Shown here: piece by piece, positions 25,831-39,378 of the stretch
How the letters are laid out: every line of letters begins with the position of its first letter
Numbering within the stretch: the stretch's first letter is position 1
Program-made: the position numbers and the translations under genes
The notes under the pieces: model-generated
What the model was told of the DNA's origin: nothing
The model's database searches: none
Seen by the model: only the letters and a program-made list of their open reading frames with translations
Assembly: GCA_016748015.1 (NCBI GenBank)
Contig: JAAOMT010000727.1
Span: 158,203-222,202 of the forward strand
DNA: 64,000 nt
Direction of reading: 5' to 3'
Origin: Geosiphon pyriformis uo1
Taxonomy: Eukaryota > Fungi > Glomeromycota

Positions 25831-28800
25831 TTTTATTATTATTACTGAATTATTTAAGTTCCTGTTTTATTGATAAATTTGAAAATACAATATATTGTTT
25901 ATAGTTGTAATTAAAATTTGAATTGTCATTATTATTGTTATCATAGTAAATGAAGTTAAAACTATTGTTGTTATTATTATTAAAGTCTGAATTATGATTG
26001 AATTTTGATTTTGATTTCTAAGTGCAATTGCTAATTAATTCTTTTTCTTTGAAAATTGAATAAATTATACATAATAGTAGATTGTAAATGAAATTACAAT
26101 TATTACAATATTTAAAATCACTGGAAATTAGACAATATTTACAGAATCTAGTATTTAATTGCTTTAAATACTGCTCTTGTTTTTCTTAAGTGAATATTAA
26201 ATCTTGATAGTATTTATAGAATTGTTTTAAATTGCTCAAAATATTAACAAAGCTGTCTGAATTTGAAATAAAAATAGGTTTAATGGGTTTTGGTGGGTTG
26301 TTTTTGATTGTAAATATTTTACTAAGTAAAGTACTTTCAACTTTGATATTTGTTATTTGTCAAATCTCATCTTTATCATGTGAATAACTGTCTAAGCATA
26401 AAAGTGCTTGGTTTTTTGCAATATTGAAAGGCATTCTTCTGCTTACCTAATTACTAATAAGAATTGTATATTGACATAAAACATTACATATTTCTCCTTA
26501 ACCAAAAATGTTATTTTACATTTTTTTGTTAAGTAATATTTATTACAAGTAAAAAATAATTCATTGTTCTATTTTTCTTGTTGTTTTGAATATCCAAAGT
26601 GTTTTTTATAATACAGTTTGCAATAATAGTAGATATGTGTCCAATAGTTCTTTTTTGGTAAGATTCAAGCTTCCATAAAAGAAAGCTTTTTTTTGTAATC
26701 AATATATCTAAGTAAAATATAGGATGGTTTTTTCTTTGTTTTTGCTAAGTAGAATCCATACTAGCTATTAGATGTTTTTTTTGTAATAGCAATATCTTAA
26801 GAATTGTCTTTCTCCTTTTTTTTTGTCTCAAAAGAAGATTAGTAATAGTTTGTTGTGCTCATCTTTAGTTTATAAGATTTAATAAGCTTTTCAGATAGAG
26901 TTTTTTTTTTTTTAATTTAATCAATAGTTGTTCTCTTAAAGAAGCTTTAAAATATCCACAAGTGACAAGCATTTAAGTATACTAACTATTAAATATTAGC
27001 TGAAGCTCTTGAGTGTTCTAGTCAAGTATAATATTGGTTTTAAATAACCAGTTATTACTAATAAAAGCTTAGTATTGTGTGACTTTTATTATTAATACTT
27101 TAATTAGCATAATGATATTGTTAACTTTAAAAAAAAAGTTGTCAATTTTGCCAATTGAAGTTTTTGTCATTTTATTAGCAGTAATAATTCTAACACTAAT
27201 AGCTCAATTAACTTGATAACCTAATTGGTTTATAAGTTGTTATGTAATAATATTGTCTGCTAATTTACTATTAAAAATTAGTTTGATAGATTGTCTATTG
27301 ATTTTGGCATCCATATACATGGCAGTAATTGGTTTAGCATTAAAAACAGCTCTACTGAATAGAAGTATTATGGCTGATTCTTCTAATTTGAAGGGAAAAA
27401 TAACTGTAAATAATTCATTTTCTGTAGTTATTACTAATAGAATATTGTTGGTAAGTAATTTTTTTGGATTTTCTAAGTTGTTGAATGAATTGTTTTCTGA
27501 AATAACCAAAAAACTTAAATAGTTCTAAGAATTTGGGTTTTAAATGTACCTATTTTCTGAATTTTTTGGATGTAATTCTAATAACTAACTTGATGAACTG
27601 GAGATTAGTTAATATATAACTATTACTGATCTTTAATTCTGCTAAGTGTGAGTAATTCTCAGTTTTGAATTTCCAGTTGATATTGGCACAGTAATTTGAA
27701 ATGATATTTAAATTTGTTAAAGTTAATAAATTATTGGTGGCTATAGGGCTTGATAAATTACTAGTATTAGAATTAAATAAATTAAAAGTGCATATATTAG
27801 TTACTGTATTATTGAAGTGTAATAAGACTAATATTGTTCCTGATTTTGGGTATAATTTGGAGTTTAAAACCAGCAATTAGGGTTTTTATATTGATTTTCT
27901 AATTATTGGTTATTTAACCTGATCTTATAGTTTATTTTTAAGTACTTTTGTTTATCACAGTAGTGGCAATTACATGTTTCTTATTGTTATGATTAATTTG
28001 TCAATAATAATAGTGTTAGATATCACTAATTCTAAAAACAATTAGAGTTTTCTTGATTTTTGTGATATTATAAAAACTAATAAATTGCTTGATTGTTAGC
28101 TAAGTATTCTTTAATCTTTTAATTAATAGAGTCATTAAATTATTTCAATTTAGAATCTAATTCAGATAATTTGTTTATAATTAGATTTACAATTTGGATG
28201 TAGTTGGTTTCAAATTCAGCCAATTCAAAATTTTTGGCATAGATAACTGCATTTTAGAGAGTATTTGAGTGTATTAAACATACTTATTATAACAAACTAC
28301 TGTATAATCCATAAATAAATTGGTTTAGAATTTGTGATACTATAAAGTAATCAGTATTGATTGCTTGAATTTGACACGGATTTCTGTAAAAATATTCTAA
28401 GTAAATAGTAACTGCTATAGTATTATCTTATTTGATAGTAATAAAACTAGTCAATAGGCAATTAATGCTATTATTATTACTAAAATACTGTAAAAATGTG
28501 GTTTTGAATATGTTAAAATTTTGAGATTTGTTTATAAAATTCTGATACTACAAGGTAACTGTGTCTTGTAAGAAATAAAAAATAACTTAAAAAGTTCTGG
28601 TATTGTCTCATCCATTGGCTGTAATAGCTTTTGTTATATTGTTTAATTATGCTTTAGTATTGTCTTTTTTGCCAGTAAATTTTTTAAGTTTGGTAATTAG
28701 TGTGTATATTATTTGTGTAAGTTGTTGTTGTTATTGATAAGTGACAATTAGTGCTATTGGCAATTGATTAATTGAAATAATTGAAGATAAGTTTTCTGAA

Positions 28801-29638
28801 AAAATAAGAGCTGGGTTTAAATTGTTCAGATTTTGCTAAGTTTGAACAATTAGAGTTTAGACTTCTGAGTTATTTGGGTTTGGGTTTTGACTATTGATTT
28901 TTTGATTACTGTCTTTTTTTTTTTCTAAATTGGTGTTTTTTCAATAACTGGTAAATTCGAAATTTGGTTGAAGAGGTGGTAATTGAAAGTCTAATAGTAT
29001 TGTTGGTAATTTAAATTCTTTAAAGAAATTACTGTAGGTTTTTAGTAATTTGGCTTTTTCTTGATTATTTTGGAATGATATTCTAGATAATAGTGTTTTT
29101 GTTGTTAACAATAATACAAATCTGAATAGTATGTAAATAGTACTTTCTGGTATATAATGATATGATAAATTAATAAGTAAAACAACTTTTAATTTCTTTT
29201 AAATAGACAGTTATATTTTCTTTAGAGTTCTTGCTGGAATTTATAACTTCTTTTTTATTTTTGTCGACAAAGATAATAAAAAATCTCTGTTCAATATAAT
29301 TTATAATTTCTTAATTTATCTTTGTAATTAGTGGATGAACCAATAATTTTGTAAAAAAGTAGTATTTTGAAGTAATTTACTATAGAAATTTTTTAAAACA
29401 GCTTCTAAACCTACTTGGTTTTCCAAGTAAAATGTAATTTTTTTATTAACATAGAAATTAAAAACTAATTCTGTTGATCAATAATTATTCATTAATTCTA
29501 AATAAGTTTAGTAATATTGGAATAAGAATTTTGCAAATTCTAAATAGCTTGTTTCTATTATTTTTGGTTCTGACACTTTTCTAGATGATAAATATTGGTG
29601 TTAATTCTATTAAATTATATTTTACAGAAAGCATTAAA

Positions 29639-30560
29639 TGTTACAAATAATTATTTAAAGTGTTAAAATAAATAATAAATCTGTAATTTAATGCTTAATA
29701 GTAATTGATATTAGTAATTTCTGAAAGTTTTGGAGTTTGAAGATTTTAGTTAAGTTTTTTATATAATAAACAGAAATTCAATTAATAGTTGTCTTTTGTG
29801 AATTTTTTTTTAGCATAATAATTGGTTTATTCTAATAGTTGTGCTTTTTTGGTAAGTTATTTTTAAGTTTTCTACTCTTTTTTCCAAGTTTTTTATTAGA
29901 TTATCCTTAACATTAAATACTTAATACTTAATTTTTTTTAATTAATTAATAAACAATAAAAAAAATAAAATAAAATAAAATAAAATAAAATAAAAAAATA
30001 AAAAAAAAATGAGAAAAAAAAATAAAAATTTAGTATTTTATTAAAAGTTATAATCAAGAACTATTAGTTTAATATAGTTAAAAATCAAATTTTATCAATA
30101 TAAAGTGTTGATAGTATGAAATTAATTAATATTTTTTAATCAAATAATACAAATATGGATTGAATAATAATAAATATTTTATTGATATAAGTATAATTCT
30201 ATTTTAAGTTATAAAAAACTATTTTTTGAAGAAAAAAATATTGAATAATTATTGATTTTTAATTATTGTTCTGAACTTTACTAATTCTCAAATCTGTTTT
30301 TTTTATTTTTAATACTTTTACTATATATATATAATTTGTATTATATGAGATTTTACATTTTCTTAAGCAATATGCCATAATTTTCTAACAATGTGCTTAT
30401 TGCTAAGCAATATGCCATAATTTTTTAACAATATATTTATTGCTAAGCAATATGTCTTACTTTTTTAATAATGTATTTACTTATTAAGTACTATTCTCCT
30501 ATTGGCCTATTTTTACTATCTGTTTTTCTATTTTTTTGTACTTATATTCTATAAATAACA
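29639..30560 (-). repeat. 5' LTR of A2 (U3 type R1, 40-bp repeats at ~30362-30460)
   Basis: tgttaca ... aaataaca termini; TAAAA microsatellite at ~29960-30030. Confidence 0.88.
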
Positions 30561-30959
30561 TTAAGAACAAAGATAAAAAAATAATTAATTTAGTTTTAAA
30601 CACAGAATTTGTGAATTATGTATGAGTAATTTTTAGTTTTAAATATTTTTTTATTTAAAATAATATAAATATATAGATAAGATAAATTTAAAAAATATGT
30701 ATAGAAAGATATTAAGTTTTTCTGTCTATTTTTTTTCTACTTTGCTAAAACTACTCATTTTTATACATATTTCTAGTTTTATAAGATTATTTTTGATTAT
30801 TTGTTATTACTAGCTATTATTTGCTATTTCTGTTTTTGTTTCATTTTTTTTATATTATAATTAGTTATTCTATATTATAATTAGTTATTTTATGTTATTG
30901 TGTATTATCTTGTATTATTTTGAATTATTACACATTATTTTGTATTATTTCATATTATC

Positions 30960-33900
30960 ACATTTTTTCTAAGTTATTATATTTTTAGTTATATTTTTCA
31001 ATATCTTTTGAATTGGTTTTTTTATTTGAGTAATACTGTTTCAAATAGTAGTATGTCTATAAAAAAAATGCTTAAAAAAGCTTTTTTTCTTAAAAAAAAG
31101 ATTGTTTTTGGTAATATTAAGCACTTTGGTAACAAAAAAAACATATTATTAATCAAGTTTGGTTCTGGTAGCATGTATTCAGATGTTAATAATAAATTTA
31201 GTAGTGGTAAAAATAATATTATTATGGATAATATTAATAATAAATCTTTCTTAAATTTAGTTACTACTACTTTTAAAGTCAAAAGATTTAATATTAAGAT
31301 AGTTTATGACTCCATTTTGGTTTTTTCAACTTTAATATAGAAAAAAAAATTAGATTTCTTTTATCTCCTTTTAATATTTCTTTGAATAAAAAATAGATTG
31401 ATCTAAAAATTATTAAGACTTAAATAGAAATAGCTATCAAAAAATTATTTGCTCTGAATATTAATCTTTTGGCAATAAAAAAAAAATTAACAACAGCAAA
31501 AACTTAAACAGTCAAAAAAATGTTTTTATTAATCAATAGTTTTGGGAAGGTCATTACTTTCTTAAAATTTAAAAAGATTATCAAATCTATATTTACTTCA
31601 AAAAAAAACATGATTAAAACTGCATTATTGACTAAAAAAAAGAAGTTAAAGTAAAGAGTAATCTTAAAAAACAAAAAATTAGATCAGATTAGACTGTAAT
31701 AATAATAAAAATTTTTATAAACTCACTAAAAAAAATAATTGTTACAGCTCTTTTTAAGTTTAATTAGATAATATCAATCCAATTACAATTAATTGAATTA
31801 TAACAAAAGACTATAGTAAAGTTTGCTGAATTAGGTTAGACCAATTAATTGGCCACTAAGTAGTTATTTTTTATTAGAAAAAATTCAATAAAAGTGGCCA
31901 AAGCTATGAATAATTATGATACATAAATGTTTAGAAATTATTTTAAAACACTTTTGTTCATCTTGTCTATAAGAATAATAGCTTATAATTTAAGTATTTT
32001 GTTGAAAAAAACTGGTAAAAAACTTAAATTATTAATTGATTAATCAAAACAGATAATAAAGTTTACTATACTATAATTGATTTTAAGTCAATTAAAGATT
32101 TGGAGTCTGTATTTCACACAGAACTAATATTTAATAACATAAAACATTCTTAAATTAGATTAGACTTAGTATATTGCAAAAAGTATGAACATTTTAGATA
32201 TTTCTTACTTAAATACAACTTTTTTGGCTTTTTTGTTCTATTTTATAATAAAGTTTATAAAAAATTTATTTTGGATTAAAATTATCTTTATTTTGTTCGC
32301 TTTTATGTAAAAAAAAATGTGTCTATTTCACAATTTGCAGCTTTTAATAGCAAGTTTTGGGCTTAAATAGTATTTCTAACAACTGTTTTTACCAATATTT
32401 ATTCTACTTCTGTCCATAAACTTTTTCTTTCTGATGTTTTATCCTCAGTAATAAGATCTCTATTTTTCAAGATATGTCTATAATTGGTAATTAGTTGGCT
32501 TTTTTAAAATGATTTTTGAAGTTCTTAACTAATCAGATATCTAGTTTTGTGTATAGACTCAGTAATATAAACTTAGTATTATTAGTTCTTTCTTTTTTTG
32601 CTTTTATCTTGGCAAATTATTTACTTTAAATTCAGATTTGGTTTTAAATAACTCACAAATATTATTCTTCCTTTTTTTTCTAGCAAATACTAAAGCTTTA
32701 GTGTTGAATCCAAGTAGTTTTAGAGTTTTGATCATTAAAAAATAAGTAGTCTAAAGTCAAAAATAATGGCTTTTAAGATTTTTATTGGCTTAATTTTAAA
32801 GAAGTTATATTAATTGTGTACTGATTCAAGTTTTTTGGTATATTTTTTGCCTCAATAAGCAAATTTATTTGAAAAATAGCTACATGTAATGTTAAAGATA
32901 TAAACAATTTGGCAAAACAAGAAAATATTGTTTAATGACACAAAAATAAAAGTAATTCTATATCTATTATTATAAAAACAAAGCTAAAGAATAAAATTTG
33001 TCCTTAAATAATAAGCAAATTTAATAAAGTTAAGATTTTTATCTTAAGTGTTAACTCTAATCATTTAGGTTTTGGTATTATTATAATAATCAACAATAAT
33101 ATTGTTAAGCATGTTTACAAAATTTCAAAAATAGCTAATTGGTTTTTGTCTATATGTTTGCTGTTCAAAAATTGTCTTTTGGTTTTTATTTTAGGTTTAT
33201 ATACTGAGACTACTTTGAAAAAAAAGTTAATTCAGTTTTGCAAAGTCAATTTTATAGTGACTGAGACTTTGAATAGTAATGCTTTTGTGGCTCTTAATGG
33301 TAACTTCAACAAAAATAATTTTAATTAAAATACAAATTTGAAAATATTTTTGAATAGAAGTTTATGTAACACTTTTAGTGGTTTTTTAGTGTATAAATTG
33401 CCTATATGATCTAATTTTAAGAGGATTAATAGGTATATAAACTTTATTTTGATTAGTAAAAATCTTTAAAATTTATTTTTTAATCAACAAATTTATGATC
33501 CAAATAAGTTTTTTAATACTAATTATATAGTTATTTTAGTAAATATTGGCTTAAAAAAACTTTTTAATTCTTAGCTTATTTTAGTGCACAAATAGACTGC
33601 TAAAAATAGGTGGAAATTTAAAGTCAGTGGAGTTAGTAAAGAAGTCTAAAAGAAATTTATAAATTTGTTATTGATTGCTGTTTTGGCTACTGCTAACAAT
33701 TTTGGAAATTGTAAAGAGAGATTTAATATTAATAGAATGTAAAAACTGCATAATTAAGTGGTTTGCTTTATTGTTAATGCTGTTTTCTCAAAGACATAGT
33801 ACTGGGATAATAATACAATCAAGTATGTTATATCTTCTAAGTTTTACAAGTTGGAATTGCTAATATTAAAGATCTTAAAAACATATAAGTTAAATAATTT

Positions 33901-34427
33901 AGAAGAGTTTCAAGCTTTGATTAATAAATAAATTGAATTAAATCTTGACCAGACAATTAAGTTTAAAAAATTTGCTAATAATAGTTATGTCAAAATCTTG
34001 ATTAAATAATTATTGGCTGAATTTAAGAAGTTTTATAGATTTTATAAAATACTAAAGTCTAAGATAGCTAAAAATTTTTATATTAAAGTTGCTATTATCA
34101 GATACATAAAAGTTTTTGCTAATAACAAGAATTGATGATAAAAAACATGCTAGAAAAATCTTTTAAAAAGATTATATTGGATTATTTGGTTGATAATAGT
34201 AATTTAATTTTGAAATCTAATTTGGTTAAATACAAAGTTAATTTGATTATAAAAAATTGGACCAGAAAATATGCTGTCAATAATACTGTTTTTTTATTGG
34301 CAAAAGCAATTTATGTTTCTTAAATATATTAAGAATAGAGTATTTTCTAATGTTATAAAGTCTATTAGCTTTGTTAAGTTTATATTGGTGGTTAAGAATT
34401 TTCTTAATAAAAATTCTGTCTAATTAG
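30960..34427 (+). mobile_element. Second L1-like LINE: ORF1 + APE + start of RT region, truncated by an LTR insertion
   Basis: ORF1 remnants ~31050-32850; APE start 'KFI*KIATCNVKDINNLAKQENIV' ~32860; 'ALNGNFNKN' (GDFN-like); 'KIILDYLVDNSNLILKSNLVK' parallels LINE ~7976. Ends abruptly at the LTR. The 5' boundary is uncertain. Confidence 0.82.
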
Positions 34428-37400
34428 TATTATTTATAGAAATAAAAATTATAATAGGTAGAAAATAGCCAATAAAAAAAGAGCATAATAAAAAAAAAAT
34501 TTTCAAAATTCTTCTTAAAGAATTGTAGAATTCCGAAATTCCAAAATTTCAGGATTTTTATTAAAAGAATTGAAAAATTTCAAAGAATTTTATATAATAC
34601 AAATTATGTATATATAGTAAAAATATTAAAAGCAAAAAAAGTATTCAGTATTCAGAATTCAGAACTCAGAATTCAGAACAAAAAACAATAGTTATTAAAA
34701 GATAGTTTTCTATAACTTGAAGAGTAGTTATATCTATATTAATAAACATATTAATTATTATTCAATCTATATTATTATTATTAAATTAAAAACTACAAAT
34801 TAATTTCATATTATTAACAATCCATGTTGATAGAAACTACTACTTAATTATACTAAACCAATAGCTCTTAATTATAATTATTAATAGAATACTAATTTCT
34901 TATTTTATTTTTATTTTTTAGTTTTGTTTTTTTGTTATTTACTAAGTAATTAAGAAATTAAGTACTGAGTTATTGACATTAAAGATAGCTTGGTAAAAAA
35001 TCTGTGAAACAAGAATAAAAAATTTAAGAATAGCTTATTAGAAAAACATAACTGTCAAAATAAATCAGTCATTATATTGAAGAAAAAAATTCACAAAAAA
35101 AAACTATTAATTAAACTCAATTCAAAACCTTCAAACTTTAAAATCTTTAAAATTTATTATTATCAATAGCTATTAAGTATTAAGTTATAAGTTTGTTATT
35201 TGTTTTAACACTTCAAATAATTACTTATAATATTTGGTGCTTTTTATAAAATATAATCTAACAAAAAACTAGCACTAACATTAATTATCTGGAAAAGTAG
35301 CAAAATCAGAAGTAATAGAAACAAACCATTTAGAATTCACAAAATTTTTATTCTAATATTACCAAAATTATTTAAGATTAACAAATAATTATTGGCCAAT
35401 AGAATTAGCCTTCAATTTCTACATAAACAAAAAAATTATATACTACTTACAAGGCCAAAAAGATCTAAAAACTACCATTAGAAATTTCTACAATAAATTA
35501 TTACAATATACCAGTTTTTCACAAAATAATAGTTTTGCCTTAATAATAACAGAAATAAATTGCAAGATTGAAAATTATACCAAACAGAAATTTTTCATTA
35601 TTTTTGCTAACAAAGAAAAAAAAAAGCTATAAACTTCAGTAGAAACACCAAAAAAAATACAATTGCCTACTTAAAAAAAACCAAGAATTGTTTTACTCAT
35701 TAATCTATTATATTATTATATATTTAGAAACACTATTCAAATAATATTAACAGTTATGTTCACATTAAAAACACTATTATCTAGAGTACTGTTCCAAAAT
35801 AATCAAGAAAAAGCCAAATTATTAAGAATTTATAGCAATTTTTTTAAAAGATTTAAATTATGACTAACAATTCTATTAAGACTTTGATTATTATCATCTT
35901 AACCAAATTTCAAATTGACCAGTAATTAGGCAAATACCAATTCAAAAAAAAAAGACAACAATCAAAAAAATAATAATCAAAACCCAATTTCAAATAACTT
36001 AGAAGTTTAAATTCTGATTGTTTAAATCTAGCAAAACTCAAACAATTCAAATTCTGTTTCTATTCTTCCATAAAACTTACCTTTAATTATTCTAATTAAT
36101 TAACTATTAGTAGTACCAATTGCTATCTAGCAATAATTACAACAACAATTATTCTTTATACTAATAGCATATATACTAATCACCAAACTTAAGAAATTTA
36201 TCAATAAAGAAAACAATATCTAAGCATAGTTAAACAATATAGCAAAAGTTATTGCAGCCAACAGTTAGAACAATGCCAGAATTTTTTAAACAATTTTCTA
36301 CTTTCTATAAAATACTGCTGACTTATAATATCAAAGCTTAATTAACAAACCACAAATCTTTAATGAATTCAAGATTGCATTTTTATAATACATCAATAAT
36401 TACAATAGCATTAATTAATTATTAACTGAATTTATCACTCTGAAACAAAATAATACTAAAACAATTACCATATATCTGAGATATTTCTATCAAAATTTGC
36501 ACTAAATTCAAGCAATTAAAACTGATTATTTTATAATACCACAAATTTTAAATTTATTTATTTATGAATTATATAGCAGTTTATTATAATGAGTATGTTT
36601 AATATACCCAAATACTTTTTAAGATATAGTTACTTATGTTAAAAATTTTAAATCAGTTAAACTTAAAGTCAATTATGTTCAAACTATAAATCTGGTAATA
36701 AACAGATCATCTAAATTGGATTTAAAGTTAAAGCAATTCAGTGATTTTATTAACCAGAAATTAAAGAAATACTTAAGTTATCTATTAGTTTCCACAATAT
36801 TGTAATAATTAAAAAAACTCTAATCAGTTTTAAAATTAGTTGTATTTATTATTATTATTATTTTTAGCAAATTGATTATGACAACAAAAAATATGTAATT
36901 GCTACTATTGTAATAAACACAGCTATTTAAAAGCAAATTGTTGCTTCAAATATAATAATCTACAATTGAGAAACCAATATAAAAACTCTGATTACAGATT
37001 TTAAATCTCCAAGTTATATTAACAACTCAACTAAACAATATTAATATTAGTTTTATTATACTCCAATGATACAACAATTAATATATACATCTCTAATCTA
37101 TTCAATTCTAACACTAGTAATTTATCAAGCTCTACAGTTATAAATAATTTATCAATTTCAACAAATTCAAACATTATTCCAAAATCTTATGCCAACATCA
37201 ATCAGAAATCTAAAACCAAAAATTACTTATATTTAACAGAATTGGAGATTGGTGATAGTAATATATTAACTAATCTCTAATTTATTAAACCAGTTATTAA
37301 AATTACATCAACAGAATTCAAAAAGTGAATACACCCAAAACTCGAATTTTTAAAGCTATTTAAGTCTCTTAGTTATCTTAGAAAATACTTAATTTAGCAA

Positions 37401-37890
37401 CCCAAAATCACTAACCCAACCATTAATCAATAATATTCTATTAACAACTGTTACAGAAAACAAATTATTAACCACTATCTTTCTATTTGAGTTGAAAAAT
37501 TAATTAGAAATCTTTTTATTTAGTAGAACCACTCTTAATACTAAACTTATTACTATTATGTATACTAATATTAAAGTTGATGGCCATCTATTAAACTAAT
37601 TCTTAATAACAGGTTAGCAAACAGTATTATTACATAATAATTTATAGACTAATTAAGTTACTGAGTTGATTATGCTGCTAGCACCAGAATTATTACAGTT
37701 AATAAAACAACCAAAACTTTTATTGGCAAAATAGACAACTTTTTTTTTAAAATTAATGATATTATTACATTTATTAAAGTTTTTATTATGGAAGCCACAC
37801 AATATTAAGCTTTTATTAATAATAATTGGCTGTTTAAGACCAATGCTATGTTCAACTGAAATACACAAAAGCTATAGTTTAGTTAAAATA
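34428..37890 (+). mobile_element. Gypsy family A, copy A3: 5' LTR (34428-35232, type R2), PBS, gag, protease; 3' truncated
   Basis: PBS tggtgctttttat at ~35235. The internal region is the reverse complement of ~26990-29640. Confidence 0.88.
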
Positions 37891-37973
37891 GTTAACATAT
37901 TTAAAATATCTTATATAATTTAACAAAATTTTTTTTAAACAACTTATTTTTAAAAAATACAAAATTTTTTTTA

Positions 37974-38640
37974 ATTTAATAAAATTATTATAATTATTTT
38001 TATATAAATAATTTTATTAATTAATTTTATTATGTTTAAATTTTTTTTAATTTTTTATTTAAGCTTAAATTTTATTTATTAATAAAAATTAACCTAATTA
38101 TAATAAATAACAAATATATATTTTATTTATAATATATATTTAACTAAGACTTAAAACTTTGTTTGTTATTTTCAAAATTAATTTTGTTAAACAATTTTAA
38201 ATAAAAATTTAAATTATATGTTTTAAAAATAATATTAATAAATATTAACATAATACACTAAAATAATTTGAACTTAATATTTTAATATTTTAATTTTACA
38301 AATATATATGTAATAATAAAATATTATTTATCTTTTTTTAAACAAATTTTTAATTATATATAATATTAATATAAATTTGTTTAAATAAATAGTTACTAAT
38401 TTTTATTATAAAACAATATACATAATTTCTATATAAATCAAAAAAAATTTCTATTTTTATTAAGCAAAAAATCTAAAACTGGCATATTTTTTTAAATATT
38501 CTATACTTTATCAATTTTAAATTTAGCCAGTCTTCTTACTTTTACAAAAAATTCTCAATAATATAATAAGACTACTTACTAATTAAAAATACAGAAAAGT
38601 TTTATTTACTTATATTTTATTTTTATTAATAATATTATAA
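37974..38640. repeat. AT-rich duplicate of the 3' flank of the kinase-effector gene (47368-47980)
   Basis: Shared runs such as 'actaagacttaaaactttg', 'aatttagccagtctt' and 'ctcaataat.taataagactactta'. Confidence 0.85.
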
Positions 38641-39378
38641 TGTTATGGGTTGGAGTAACAAGCTAACAGATAGCAAAGAAAAACATAATTATAGAGTAAT
38701 GAAAGGAATCAAAGAGAATTTAACTTTAAAGAGCAAATTGAATAAGTATGGATTCAATATATAAGATCAGTCTTATAAAATATTTTAGTTGCTATACTTT
38801 TTAAAAAATAACTGGAAATTTGAAAGTAGAGAAATAGTCCATATTGTTAACAAATAATTATATACTGATATAATTTTATGCTTTATGTTAGCATTTTTAG
38901 AATTCAATATTAAGTATCAGATGTATTTTTCAGTTATATTTTATTCAATAATCTTCAAATGCTACAATTACACATTTCAGAAAAAAAATAGGAAATAACC
39001 AACAAGTAATTTTTTATCTTAAGATGTTTAGATACTTGAAGATAAGAAAAAAAAATTAGTAATAAGAGAAGAATTAAGATGAAAGTTGTTATTTTATTTA
39101 TTTTATTTTCTTGATTTTTAACATGCTTTTTTACAGCTAAGAGATTTATTGCTTATATAGTTATTAAAAGTGGTCAATAATCAAGTCAATGACTAGATTA
39201 ATAATCAGGTCAATAATCAGATTAATAATTAGATCAATAATCAAATCAATAATCAGATTAATGATCAAGTTATTGATTAAGTCAATAATTATTATCTAAA
39301 AATAGAATAGCTAATTATATAATATCAGTGGCTAATACATATATTAACTAATAAAAAGTATGGGTTTTAACCATAACA
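38641..39378 (-). repeat. 3' LTR of B1, with 12-bp CAATAATCAGGT-like tandem array (~39174-39290)
   Basis: tgttatgg ... ccataaca; direct repeat of 45698-46371. Confidence 0.92.

Larger units (their letters stand above)
21155..30560 (-). mobile_element. Gypsy family A, copy A2 (near full length, integrase core deleted, discordant LTRs)
   Basis: LTRs at 21155-22034 and 29639-30560; decayed PBS ~29620-29636; decayed PPT ~22035-22050; gag ~27900-28750; protease ~27000-27350; dUTPase ~25440-25830; RT 'IYLDN' ~24405; RNase H ~23650-24020; integrase HHCC ~23260-23400. Confidence 0.92.
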
